A stretch of DNA of 64,000 nucleotides, from the NCBI RefSeq assembly GCF_009914755.1, contig NC_060928.1. One strand, given 5' to 3'. The stretch comes from the human T2T-CHM13v2.0 reference genome, Homo sapiens. The position numbers and the translations under genes are program-made. Of this stretch, positions 45,537 to 57,909 are shown in pieces (position 1 is the stretch's first letter; every line of letters begins with the position of its first letter). The notes under the pieces are model-generated. The model made no database searches and was not told the DNA's origin. It worked only from the letters and a program-made list of their open reading frames with translations.

Positions 45537-48132
45537 AGGCAAATGCTTTGTTCCACCTGAATTTGTGACTGTGGTGCAGAGGATTTCATGGCTAAAAATA
45601 GAAAACTTCTCCCGTTACTATAGGTCTAAATGGAGGTAATATTTTAAAGACTAAAATCGATGTTGATAATTACAGTAGTTTATGTTATATCAAAACATCA
45701 AAAATAAAAGTAACCGAATAATCAAAGGACCTAACACCCAAATTACCAACTGCCTTTGATCTATATATACTATATATAATATATGATCTATATATATTAT
45801 ATATAATATATATTATTTTTTTCTTAGAAGCAATTGGCAGAATCATGGAATATTACAAACATTAAAACTTATAGAGGGCTTTAAGAATCACTTTATTTAT
45901 CCTCCTATTTTTGTAATTAAAAAATAAGGCCAGAGTGTTGTATTGACTTGGCCAGTTTCCATAGTTAATACTGAGGGATAACACTTCCTTAAAGTATAAT
46001 AGTGATGTTTGCACACAACAATCTTTCTACTTCTCTACTTTAAAACTTCCTATTTAACTTCAGTTCACTCTGAAAAAAATGAATTTTGGCTTGCTCTCAA
46101 TTTTACCTCTTTATTTACCAAAATAGAGGGTATCTGTATCACTATGTCAGGTAAAAATCTAAATTTTTGGAATTCATCTACCATTAGTGTATATATTCTA
46201 ACCTTCATTACTTGCAGGTAAAAATGTGATCATGCTAACAGCGACACCCAAATCTACTTATCTCCAAATCTCCAGGCGGCAACTCAGGCCAGATCCTTTC
46301 CCAGGTAATCTCAGGAATCCCCGAAGTGGCAATGACTTCCTCAGGAATACGGCTTTTAATTTTCTTTCTTTCCCTCAAATTCTTCTTGGAGGTCTATTGC
46401 CCCTAAGCCCTAAGCTGCTGCTTTAAGCTGCTGCTGTCGTATTAGATGGTGAAGTAGAGAGGCTACCTGTGGCTTCTCCCTGTGGTTACTTGGGTCCCAG
46501 CACAGTGCTTCTTAAGCTCAGAGTCTCAAAGCATTTTCATGAGCTTTTACTGAATCCTTGAGATGCAGTATTCAGATACCATCTAATACCTCCCATTTTT
46601 CTACTCTTGCCTTTTACTCCTTCCTAGTCCCCAAAAGCCTCTTCGTTTTTCAAAAAATAATAAAAGGCAGTCACAGAGGATAGTCGCAGAGGAGGGGTGT
46701 TGTTCATTTGCCACCTTGGAAAAAGCATTCATGTTCCATCTTTGCCCAGCCAAGATAACCTTTTAGGAATATTTTGACATGCATTTTACTTTCTGGGAAC
46801 TGGCACCAAAGATTGGTCATCATTACTCTAATTAATCGCTTCTATTTGTAAGGGTGATGAGGTTTTGTACGGATTGGCCAAAATAGTCACCATTAAGAAA
46901 TGCTTTCTCTGTTCAGCTAAAACCCTATGTCTGAAGCCACACAGGAACGGATAGCTTTAGTCTGTGGTTCTAATGCCTCATTTTCTATAAATTCCAAATG
47001 GACCTGCCTTTTTCTGGGCCAGTGACACGGAAAATGATAGTTGGCAGTCGATGGTCATTAAAAAACCTTCTTGGAATGCTGTTACAGCAGTGGGCAGCCG
47101 TTACTGTCATGTTGAGAGTGATAAAGGTAGAATCATGGGATTTCAAAAATCAAAGGGAACTTAGAAATAATTTTGTTCAACTCCCTTGTCTTATAGATAA
47201 AAGTAGTCATGTAACTATCTGTCATTTTATACCCAATTTAAAAGCTTGTGACATCCTTCTACAAAATGAAAACATACAATCAAACCAGGCACTCTTGCTT
47301 GCCAAGGTCCTACATTTGGGCCTCACATGCTCATTCCATTTAACCATTGCACTGGCGAATGCAGCAGTAATTCCCAGCCATGACGGACAAAAATCCCAGG
47401 TGCATTTTTGACTCTAGTCATGAAGTCATTGACACAACCTCAAAAATAATTAACATTTTCATAGACAATTCCACAAAATACTTTCACCACAGGGAATATT
47501 TTTCAGCAAAAGATGATGGTTAGGTAGATATAGCAGCTTCCCAAATAGTGGGATTCTTAGAGCACGGATAAAATCAGTTGAAAGCTGAAAAAATATCTTG
47601 AATGGGCAAGGAAGAAGGAATCCAATGTAGGAAAGCTTACTTTATATTTCCATGGATAAATGCAATAACACTTACGTTTCTGAAAATTCTATCAGCATGC
47701 CAACTTCATTTCCAGTCCAACGGATTGCCTTATTGCCCTGAATCATGTTAAGCCAGTCTTGGAACTTCGTGGCTCCCAGTGGATCTCCAGCTCCTTACTG
47801 TTCCTGAGAGCCATCTGTTGTGTGTAGGTTTCCACTGGACCCGGCATAAATATTTACATGTGAGTTCATCTTGAGGTGGGATTATGCCTAATAAACCCCT
47901 GGAATTCTGTACCACCCCACGCATGGTTACTAATTTTATCTTTCTCTGGTATGTTTAGCTGAAGCTGGCACATTGTTCTTTTTTTTTTCTAATCAATTAA
48001 AATTTTAAAAATGGTGATCAAAGCACTGGTGGTCAGTGAGAGCCTAGACAGTAAGAGCTCTTTCCTCAGGGTTTGAAAAATCTCTATCTAAACAAATAAA
48101 GTGGTCATATGGTTTGAAAATATTTATAGAGG

Positions 48133-48419
48133 GGCCGGCCATGGTGGCTCACGCCTGTAATCCCAGAACTTCGGGAGGCCAAGGCTGGCAGATTGCTTGA
48201 GGCCAGGAGTTTGAGACCAGCCTGGCCAAAATGGTGAACCCCCATCTTTACTAAAAATACAAAAATTAGCCAAGTGTGGTGGCGCATGCTTGTAGTCTCA
48301 GCTACTCTGGAGGCTGAGGCACTAGTATAGCTTGAACTCGGGAGATGGCGGTTGCAGTGAGCCGCGGTCACCCCCGCACTCCAGCCTGGGCGACAGAGCA
48401 AGACTCTGTCTCAAAAAAA
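48133..48419 (+). mobile_element. AluS (older S-type)
   Basis: Full dimer, GATTGCTTGAGGCCAGGAG, short A tail then (TA)n. Confidence 0.92.
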
Positions 48420-48431
48420 TGTATATATCTA

Positions 48432-48738
<307 letters not shown>

Positions 48739-50381
48739 ATTATGTAATACTTTTTCCATGAGTCAAATTCAAATGATGGCGATCCACTGGCGTGATTGTA
48801 ATGACACAGTTTAATCAAAGGCCGTCAAGGTACGTACAATTGACTAGAACCAACTTGATCATAGTTAACTGAAGAATGTTGTGGTGGCTGTGTTCTTTGT
48901 CTTCCGAAGTTGACTTATGAAATCAAAACAGTATTCTCCTGGACATATTTAATAATGCATTCAAGCAGGCATTTTGCCAAATCCCTTTGAGACCATATTA
49001 AATGGAAAGATATTTTAAGCATTCATTTTGATGAATGGAGCATAGGTAAAGACCTTGTTCAATCCACAGGGTCTAGTATACAATGAAAGCATTGACCAAC
49101 AGATAATTTATTACAGTGCGGTGGAATTAATTTTTGGTACATTGAATATTTATTTTCCTCAGTGTGTTTTAAATTTCAATTTTAGAAAATTTTTGTGTGA
49201 TTATGAAATTAATACATGTTCAGTGTAGAAAATTAGGAGAATATAGAAGAAAAGATAAGGGAAAAATCAAAAGAAAATCCAATTCTCAAAAATACCCACT
49301 ATTTTTATTTTGGTATAAATATGCATACAATTAATATTTTATCACTCTTGTCAATCATTTCAAAGATGTTATTCAAAGATATTTCTACAATGTTATTTGC
49401 AGTTGAATAATCTAAATGACCATCAACAGGACTTTGATGTACTGGCATGAAAAGAGGTTGACAAGAACCTGTCAAGGGAAAAAAGCAAGAACTAGAAAAC
49501 TTTTATAATAAAGCCTCATTTTTTTGTATCAAAAATTTTAGAAGTCATGTAGAAAAGTGTTTCTATATTAACAGTGTTTACCTCTGAGGAAGCTGATAAA
49601 CAGAGCAGGTTTTTTTTTATAACCAGTATTCATTTTGTAATAAATAAATAAACAACTCTAGCTTATGCTTGCTTTGTTAGAACACAGCAATCCATGGCAT
49701 ATGCAGATTGGGTCCTGGTCCTGTGACTATTAAGAATTATTTACAGATTTAATTTTCCCATTTGAAGATAATTGTGAATCAATGCAAAGATTCCAAGAGA
49801 AAAAAAGGTGCAGCTAAATTATTAACAGGTAAAACACTGTATCTGAGTGGAAAGGTAAAGGAGTGTAGATTACTTGTTGAAAGTAGGATATTTGGGAACA
49901 ATCTAACAACAAATATGTATTGACTGGCTACTCTGTATAATGCCCCACTTGGATGGTACTGAACAGAAATCCTAGATCCACAGAAAATTGTAAAAGGTGC
50001 CTATAATTAGGTGTCAGGATTTGCCGCTGATCTGGAAGGCCGACCTCTGAATACATACAGAGAAGAGTAACTGGTCTATATGTGAGCTGAGGTGATATTT
50101 AAAACATGGAACGCCCTGGACAGCACAGGTGTGGACCAATCAGAAGGGATACTGGCTGTGGTCCTGGGGTAGAGTCCTGGAGGGTCTATTCATACCAGGC
50201 TTAAATTAACTTTTCGGTTGCTACACAGGGGTGAGCAGGGGGTCACAGGGCAAAGGCCTGGGTTGGGGGCAGCTCAGTGAGCTATACTCTAAATCCTGAT
50301 AAGAATTCTAGGAGGTAGGTGCAACTCTTCAGGATGAGTGTTTGTAGTACTTGTTGCTACTATTATTTGCCTCTTCTAGAA

Positions 50382-50721
50382 CACGGGTCCGCAACCCCCA
50401 GGCCATGAACCAGTGTGGGAACCAGGCAGCATGCAGGAAGTGATTGGCAGATGAGCAAGCAAAGCTTCATCTGTATAACAGCTGCTCCCCATCCTTCGCA
50501 CTGCGCCTGGGCTCTGCCTCTGGTCAGAGCAGAAGCAGCATCAGATTCTCAGAGGAGCACAAAACCTATTGTGAACTGCAGATGTGAGGGATCTAAGTTG
50601 CATGCTCCTTATGAGAATCTAATGCCTGATGATCTGTCACTGTCTCCCCACAACACCCGTCCATGGAAACATTGTCTTCCATGAAACTGATTCCTGGTGC
50701 CAAAAAGGTTGTGGATTGCTG
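50382..50721 (+). mobile_element. MER1A-like hAT MITE, internally deleted, TSD intact
   Basis: CACGGGTCCGCAACC ... GGTTGTGGATTGCTG termini. Perfect 8-bp TSD TTCTAGAA at 50374-50381 and 50722-50729. Confidence 0.88.
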
Positions 50722-51239
50722 TTCTAGAAAATATCATGAGAGTTTACTTACGAAACGTGTTAAATTAAAAGACTATATATTAAATGAAAACATTTGTAGA
50801 TTTCAGTCATTTAAATTGCTGTTTTCTCCTTAGGCTGTTTGCCCCTCTCTATCTCCCGGTCATGTCAGTACCTTTGTACCTGTTCTTTCACATCAAATGG
50901 AATGGCTGAGTTAGATGTCTTTCATTTCAGCCCTCTTGACACCATAACCATGTCCTTTTTTCTGAAGCTACTATTATTTCCAGAAGTTAGTATTTCCTTA
51001 GATGATAAAATAGCAATAGTAACTTCAACAATATGGTAAATTTAGAGTTGTCCTCTGGGGCTAGAGATGAATTTTGTTATTGTAACTTTTAACTTTAAGA
51101 ATACCTGAACATTTTTAGTTAATTTAAACCACCAAAAATTCAATTAACAATGGATATGTTTATAAGTAAGCTATAGACCATGGTGGGCCCTTCCTAGTAA
51201 CATCTTACTTTACATGTAACAATTCTCTTGAGATGCAGT

Positions 51240-51385
51240 ATTTCATCTACTTATTGTGACAATCTTTCAAAGAAGGCAATATCGTTCAAATTTTGTAAAC
51301 AAGGAAACAGAGGGTTAGAGAAATCAAACTGCTTGTCTTAAAGTACACAGCTATAAGCAGCATCATCAGAGCCAAAATTCTGTGA
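51240..51385 (-). mobile_element. MIR remnant
   Basis: ATTTTGTAAACAAGGAAACAGAGGGTTAGAGAAATCAAACTGCTTGTCTTAAAGTACACAGCTA resembles the MIR core. Confidence 0.6.
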
Positions 51386-52157
51386 TTTTTTTTTTTTTTT
51401 TGGCTATAAATCTAATGTTTTTTCTACTACTTTCCACTGCCCTGTTTTTGTTTTCTTATGTTTTAGTGTTGACTACAAATAACAGTTATAGCTAGTTTGG
51501 TTTTAAGGGACACAATGTTTGAAAGGCCTTTATCAATTTTTAAAATACTTTGTCTTTCAGAATGTAATAAAAAACTCCCAATTACATAAATGTTGATTCG
51601 CTAGGTTCTATAACATTGAATCATAGTCTCGAATGGCAAAAATGAATTAACACAGTTTAATTCCCCCATTTTACATCTCATTTTCATCGAGAAACTTGAA
51701 ATGTGTAATGTGGTTCAAATTCCTTGATGCATTTAACAGCCCATTGGGTTTTGTGTGTCCAATAACTGCCACCACCCCTCAACCTACAGAAGCAGATACC
51801 TTGTGAATTATAAATTTGTGCATAATGGAAGCCAATTGCCACATGTTCATTTGGATTTTAATAATTCAGGGATAATCTGCTACAGGTAGAGTGGGACAGA
51901 TCCCCCTTACGTGGCAAAATAGGAAAAAAGGTAGACAAACAATTAATAATGAAGGGTTGAAATTAGCATCTACCAATGTCATTAATGCTTTGTCATTCTT
52001 ACCTGGATTTCCTTTAGGTAAAGGCAAGGATTTATCTATTTTCTTTCTACTAACAGTAAGACATAGTCTCTTTTGCAGTATCTTGTATATCTAAAGAATC
52101 TAAAATGTCAGTTAGAACATAAAATGCTTTGGACTGTAGATGTCCTTACTTGGTGTT

Positions 52158-52631
52158 TGTGCTGGGCTAAATAATACACCTCCAAGGATGTCCACGTTCT
52201 AATCCCAGGAACTTGTGAACCTTACCTTATGTGTCAAAAGGGACCTTGCTGATATCTCACTATGGGAAGATGACCTGATTGTCCTGGTGGGCTCTAAGCA
52301 TCATCGCGAGACCCTTGTGAGAGGGAGGCGGAGGCAGAAGTGACCTCAGAAGAGGGTGACGTGGTGGCAGAGAGACAGGCTATGCTGCCGGCTTTGAAGA
52401 CGGAAAAGGAGACACCTGCCAAGGAGTGCAGCAGCTTCTACGGGTGGGAAAAGGCAGGAAAACAGTTCTCCAGAGCCTCGGAAGGAACCCGTCCTGCTGA
52501 CACTTTGCCTTCAGCCTTGTGAGACTGATTTTGGATTTCTGACCTCCAGAACATTAAGACAGTAAATTAGCACTGTTTTAAGCAATGGAATTTGTGGCAA
52601 TTTACTACAGCAGCAATAGGAAACTAACACA
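52158..52631 (+). mobile_element. MLT1D/C-type MaLR solo LTR
   Basis: GATGTCCACGTTCTAATCCC...CCTGCTGACACTTTG...TTCTGACCTCCAGAAC...CAGCAGCAATAGGAAACTAACACA. Confidence 0.85.
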
Positions 52632-52827
52632 AGCAGTGGTAAAGCCCATTCTGGACTTAGCTCTCCTCTCCCCTGATAAGACCTCTATGCTGTGTGCCTC
52701 TTAGAGATTTCCCCATGGTGTCTTTGTTTCTGGACATTGCAACCCCATAATTCAGAGAGGTAATCATAGAAAGGCATGTGGATAAGAACCAGGCATTGGT
52801 TCTGGGTCTTGATGAAAATCTTTCTCT

Positions 52828-53712
52828 GTTAAAACAACATCGAGACACTACCATACACCTATCAGAATGATGAAAATCCAGAGCACTGACGCCACCAATT
52901 GCTGGCAAAGGTGTGAAGCAACAGGAACTGTCATCCGTTGCTGGTGGGAATGCAGAATGGCACAGCCACTTTGGAAGACAGTTTGGCAGCCTCTTCTGAA
53001 GCAAAACATGCTTTTACGATAGGAGCCTGAAATTGCTTTCCTTGGTATTCACCCAAATGAGCTGAAAATACATGTCCACACAAAAATCTGCAAGTACATG
53101 CTTATAGCAGCTTTACTGATAATTGCCCAAACTTGGAAGCAACAAAGATGTCCAGTAGGTGAATGCGTCAATAAATTGTGGTACATCCAGACAATGGAAT
53201 ATTTTTAAAGTGCTAAAAAAAAAATGAGCCATCAAACCATGAGAAGACACAGAAGAACCTTAAATGCATATTACTAAGTAAATAAAAGAATCCAATCTGA
53301 AAAGGGTACATACTGTACAACTGAACTCTATGACACTCTGGAAAAGACACAGCTTGGGGACAATGAAAAGATAATGGTTGCCAGGGTTTTTGGGGAGGGA
53401 GGGAGGAATAAGCAGAAAACAGGATTTTTAGGACGGTGGAACTATTTCGTAGGATGGTACAGTGGTGCACACGTTGTTATATATTTGTCAAAACCCGTAG
53501 AATGTGCAACACTGAGAGCAAACCCTAATGGAACGTGGACTCTGGGTGATGGTGATATGACATTGCAGGTGCATCAGTTGTAACAAATGTCCCACTCGAA
53601 TAATGGATGTTGAGAGTGGGGTGGCTGTGTGTGCGGGGGTGGGTGGGGGCTTGTGGGAAATCTCTGTATGTTCTGATCAATTTTGCTGTAAGCTTAAAAC
53701 TTCTCTTTAAAG
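52828..53712 (+). mobile_element. L1MC-type 3' fragment
   Basis: CACTACCATACACCTATCAGAATG...GCAACAGGAACT...AAACCCGTAGAATGTGCAACAC...TTTTGCTGTAAGCTTAAAACT. Confidence 0.8.
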
Positions 53713-56686
53713 AAGAGTGTATTTACCAGTAAACATTTACATATATATATATATGAGATATACATATATCTATATATATTTAACTTAGAGCCTCTGGCAG
53801 GGGACAGCAACCAAGGATCCATGTGTCTGGTTGGCTCTAGGGAAGCCTGACCTTCACAGTTAGACTTGGGGGTTCCCCTGGGAATACACAGTGGGCAGCC
53901 ACCTTTCCAAAGGATGGGATGACCAGGCCGGATTTTGGTACCTCTTCTCTCCCCGTCACCCTGCTTCACAGGATGAGGGAATGGACAGATGAACAGATAA
54001 ACCAAGAAGAGACACCACATTCTCTGGCAGAGGAGCTCTACAAAGTGCAGTAAATTCCTGGGATCATATGAGTGATGAAGCCCAGAAATTGCCCAGGGAA
54101 GGAAGTTAGCAAACTTAAGAGTAAGTCCTTTGGCCCAATTTTAACGGACAAGGTAAAAAGAATAGTTGGTGTAACATCTGAAGTTTGGAAACACATGCTT
54201 TGTTTACCCCCCGCCGCATCCTCAGGCCTTTCAAAATGAGAGGATGCCCACTGTGAGCCAGCCGCTCTCTTGGCAAGCCGGCTGGCCACAAAGAGGCTCA
54301 GTCATAATCGGGTGGAAACATACACTCTCCCCTTTTTATTGGCGGCTTGAGGCTTGGTGATTGGCCTATAAATCTAAACTGCAAGCGCAGAGCCTGTGTT
54401 TGGGGTCGTGATCCGTTTGCCACAGGCACACTGGTCCTGGCTCGATTTACCGGCCGTTCTGCCTCCGCCCTTTGAACTGTAACCCATTTGAAGGGCTCTG
54501 GGGGTGACTTTGCTGTGCCTCAATGATTTATAGAAATTTCAGGATTCAAGGTTTTCACCTTTGATGCACAATTCTCCTTTTCCTTGGAAAGGGGACCGGG
54601 AACAAACTAAACTGACACAGTATCCAAGCACCATCCATTTTTGAACCTTTCAAACTGTGCCCAGTCAGTTCGTAATGCTTTAGGATGCGTTCTTTCTTAA
54701 CAGGCTCCTTGGCTGTTTGTTCAAATCAACCTCGGAGAGGCTTTCTCCTCAGTTCCGTGCATCTTCCTTCACTGAAACAAAGTGTTTACATCCTACTTGG
54801 TTGAATTTTTTTCCAGGACGACTCTCAGCCCGATGGCTATAGACTTCTCTTGGGCTCTGACATCGGCTTACCAGGTTTGACTAGAAATACACACGTTCCA
54901 ACCATAGGCACAGAGAGGACACAGTTTATGATCAAGTTAGAGTTTTATTGCATATATAGGAAAGACAAATGCACAAAAAGGACTGGAAGCAGCAGCTCCT
55001 GCCATGAGTGCTGAATTTGATGTATGATTAAGGCAGCTCACGGGCATGGGGTGCTGTGGGATCCTGAGAAGAAGGGCTCTGAAGCGCAAGGGGGACACTT
55101 CTATGTAATCTGCACTCACGCTGTTTTTTCACTCAGTGCCCTGCTTCTTGGCACTGGCTGAATCTCCATCTCCTATCACACATCTCCTGCCCCTTGGTGG
55201 AGAGAGGGGGTGAGCAGGTGAGAGAAGGCACAGGAGAAGGGGAATGAAGGTGGAAGGACATCTCGGGAAAGTCCCTTTTATAATATAAAGTGCAGGCAAT
55301 TCAGGTTGTACCCACACTAGAGATGCCAGGGATACCCTCTCTGTGGTTCTTTGGGTCCTGGGGGTTTGGAATTATTGCCAGTGATTATCAGTCAATATGT
55401 GCCATGAACTTTGTCATCATTTATAGACTGAATAAATGATATATGTCATTTATTTGTGCTACTGCTTTTAAAATATAACAAAATAGAAATTTATTTTTAA
55501 ATGCTAATAAGTTCATATGAATGTATTATTTTTTTGTTTTTCATCTGTCCTTAATATACCATAATAAAAGTAATAATAGTACCATGATGTGAACATCTGG
55601 AAGAAAAGAAGATTTTTTGTTTCTCAAATTTTGTAAAAATAGGAGTAGATAAATTCTGACATCTTAGAAGGACCAAATGTTTTGTTGGATAAGTGGTACT
55701 ATAACTTCCCCAAATACAATAGATATTTTATCCACACAATATACACTTTCATTGGATGGATTTGGTTTATTCACAAACATGTGCAACTAGGAATTAGCCT
55801 ATTTTATTTCTTTGAAAGTTAGTTGTTAATCATCCATAGGTATGTTTTTAAAAATTAAAACATAAACATGCCTTTCCTTTTAGAAAAACAGTATATATAT
55901 AGTATACAAGTAAATACAGTATACAAGTAAATTATCTACATATACATAAATGTATATGTATATGCAAAAGAGAGAGATAAATTTCACAATTCTACCACTC
56001 AAGATAATTGCTATCAATATCTAGGTGTATATCCTTCTAGAACTTTTAAAATAGACACGTTTATATACATTATTTACAAAACACAATATCTCATTTTAGG
56101 CTATGTTTAAAACCTGTTGTCTTTTCCATTTACCAATTTAGGATTATTGTCTTTCCATGAGAAGACGTGTTGTTGAAGCTTGGAATTCCCTACTAACTCA
56201 TTTTCAAAGGAATCTGTGATTGAGGTAAATCCAGTTTTCTAGAGAGAAAGAGGAAATGTCTTTTGAAGCCATGCCTGGGAAGTATGATCAGCGAATGTTA
56301 CTGCACAGATTTTTTTCCATCACAGCTTCCTCCCATCTAAATAATTATGATTTCTTCCCTTATGCCACTTGTTATTCCACGCTTTTTATTCATTGTCTGT
56401 GATTAAAGCCTCTTTAATTAGGAGCTAGAGAATTCACTCTCTAATTGAGGACTCATTTAAAATTCATGGGCCTGGACTTAGGATTCTGGTCTTTCACTGC
56501 TTCGGTCCATGTACTAGGGTGCCTATAGCAACACACAGCTTCCTATTTCTAAGGTTCTTTCAATTCTATTTAAAAAGACCCTAAGGAGTACAGACATCAA
56601 ATAGAACTCTAGTATTTGGAAGAATTTAGTTTAAATGAGATAGAACCATGCAAACTAAATTTTTGTCAATAAAAACATAAGCTTGC

Positions 56687-56898
56687 GCCTAGGGGTTTGA
56701 GCACTGGGGCACCAGTGAAGTGGGCCATCCCCCTGTCACATGTCCTGCGAGGAGGATAAGGGAATTCTCTGGTTTTAACTTAATCTGTAAAAGACCTTGC
56801 TAAGAGGATGAAAAAGAAGCCACAGCAATGGATAAAACATTTGTAAACTACATATCCAACAAAGGAATATTATGACTGTTTCAAGATTTGCAGAACTG
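56687..56898 (+). other. Foreign 5' segment inside the outer TSD: ERV1-type LTR 3' end (LTR1/27/28-like) + L1M ORF2 fragment + inner TSD
   Basis: CCTAGGGGTTTGAGCACTGGGGCACC...CCCCTGTCACATGTCCTGCGAGGAGGATAAGGGAA resembles the recalled LTR27/28 end. AAGAGGATGAAAAAGAAGCCACAG...CATATCCAACAAAGGA resembles L1M ORF2. Preceded by TSD AAAACATAAGCTTGC (56672-56686). Confidence 0.6.
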
Positions 56899-57909
56899 AA
56901 TAGGAACAGCTCCGGTCTACAGCTCCCAGCGTGAGCGACACAGAAGACAGGTGAGTTCTGCATTTCCATCTGACGTACCGGGTTCATCTCACTAGGGAGT
57001 GCCAGACAGTGGGCGCAGGTCAGTGGGTGCGCGCACCGTGTGCGAGCCGAAGCAGGGCGAGGCATTGCTTCACTCGGGAAGCGCAAGGGGTCAGGGAGTT
57101 CCCTTTCCTAGTTAAAGAAAGGGGTGACAGACGGCACCTGGAAAATCGGGTCACTCCCACCCGAATACTGCGCTTTTCCGACGGGCTTAAAAAATGTCGC
57201 ACCAGGAGATTATATCCCGCACCTGGCTCGGAGGGTCCTACGCCCATGGAGTCTCACTGATTGCTAGCACAGCAGTCTGAGATCAAACTGCAAGGTGGCA
57301 GCGAGGCTGGGGGAGGGGTGCCCGCCATTGCCCAGGCTTGCTTAGGTAAACAAAGCAGCCGGGAAGCTCGAACTGGGTGGAGCCCACCACAGCTCAAGGA
57401 GGCCTGCCTGCCTCTGTAGGCTCCACCTTTGCAGGCAGGCCACAGACAAACAAAAAGACAGCAGTAACCTCTGCAGACTTAAATGTCCCTGTCTGACAGC
57501 TTTGAGGAGAGCAGTGGTTCTCCCAGCATGCAGCTGGAGATCTGAGAACGGGCAGACTGCCTCCTCAAGTGGGTCCCTCAGCCCTGACCCCTGAGCAGCC
57601 TAACTGGGAGGCACCCCCCAGTAGGGGCAGACTGACACTTCACACGGCTGGGTACTCCTCTGAGACAAAACTTCCAGAGGAACGATCAGACAGCAGCATT
57701 CACAGTTCACGAAAAACCGCTGTTCTGCAAACACCGCTGCTGATACCCAGGCAAACGGTCTGGAGTGGACCTCTAGCAAACTCCAAAAGTCCTCCAGCTG
57801 AGGGTCCTGTCTGTTAGAAGGAAAACTAACAAACAGAAAGGACATCTACACCAAAAACCCATCTGTACATCACCATCATCAAAGACCAAAAGTAGAGAAA
57901 ACCACAAAG
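56899..57909 (+). promoter_or_regulatory. L1 5'UTR internal sense promoter and antisense promoter region
   Basis: CpG-containing L1 5'UTR. Promoter function is established for the family, not shown for this copy. Confidence 0.7.
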
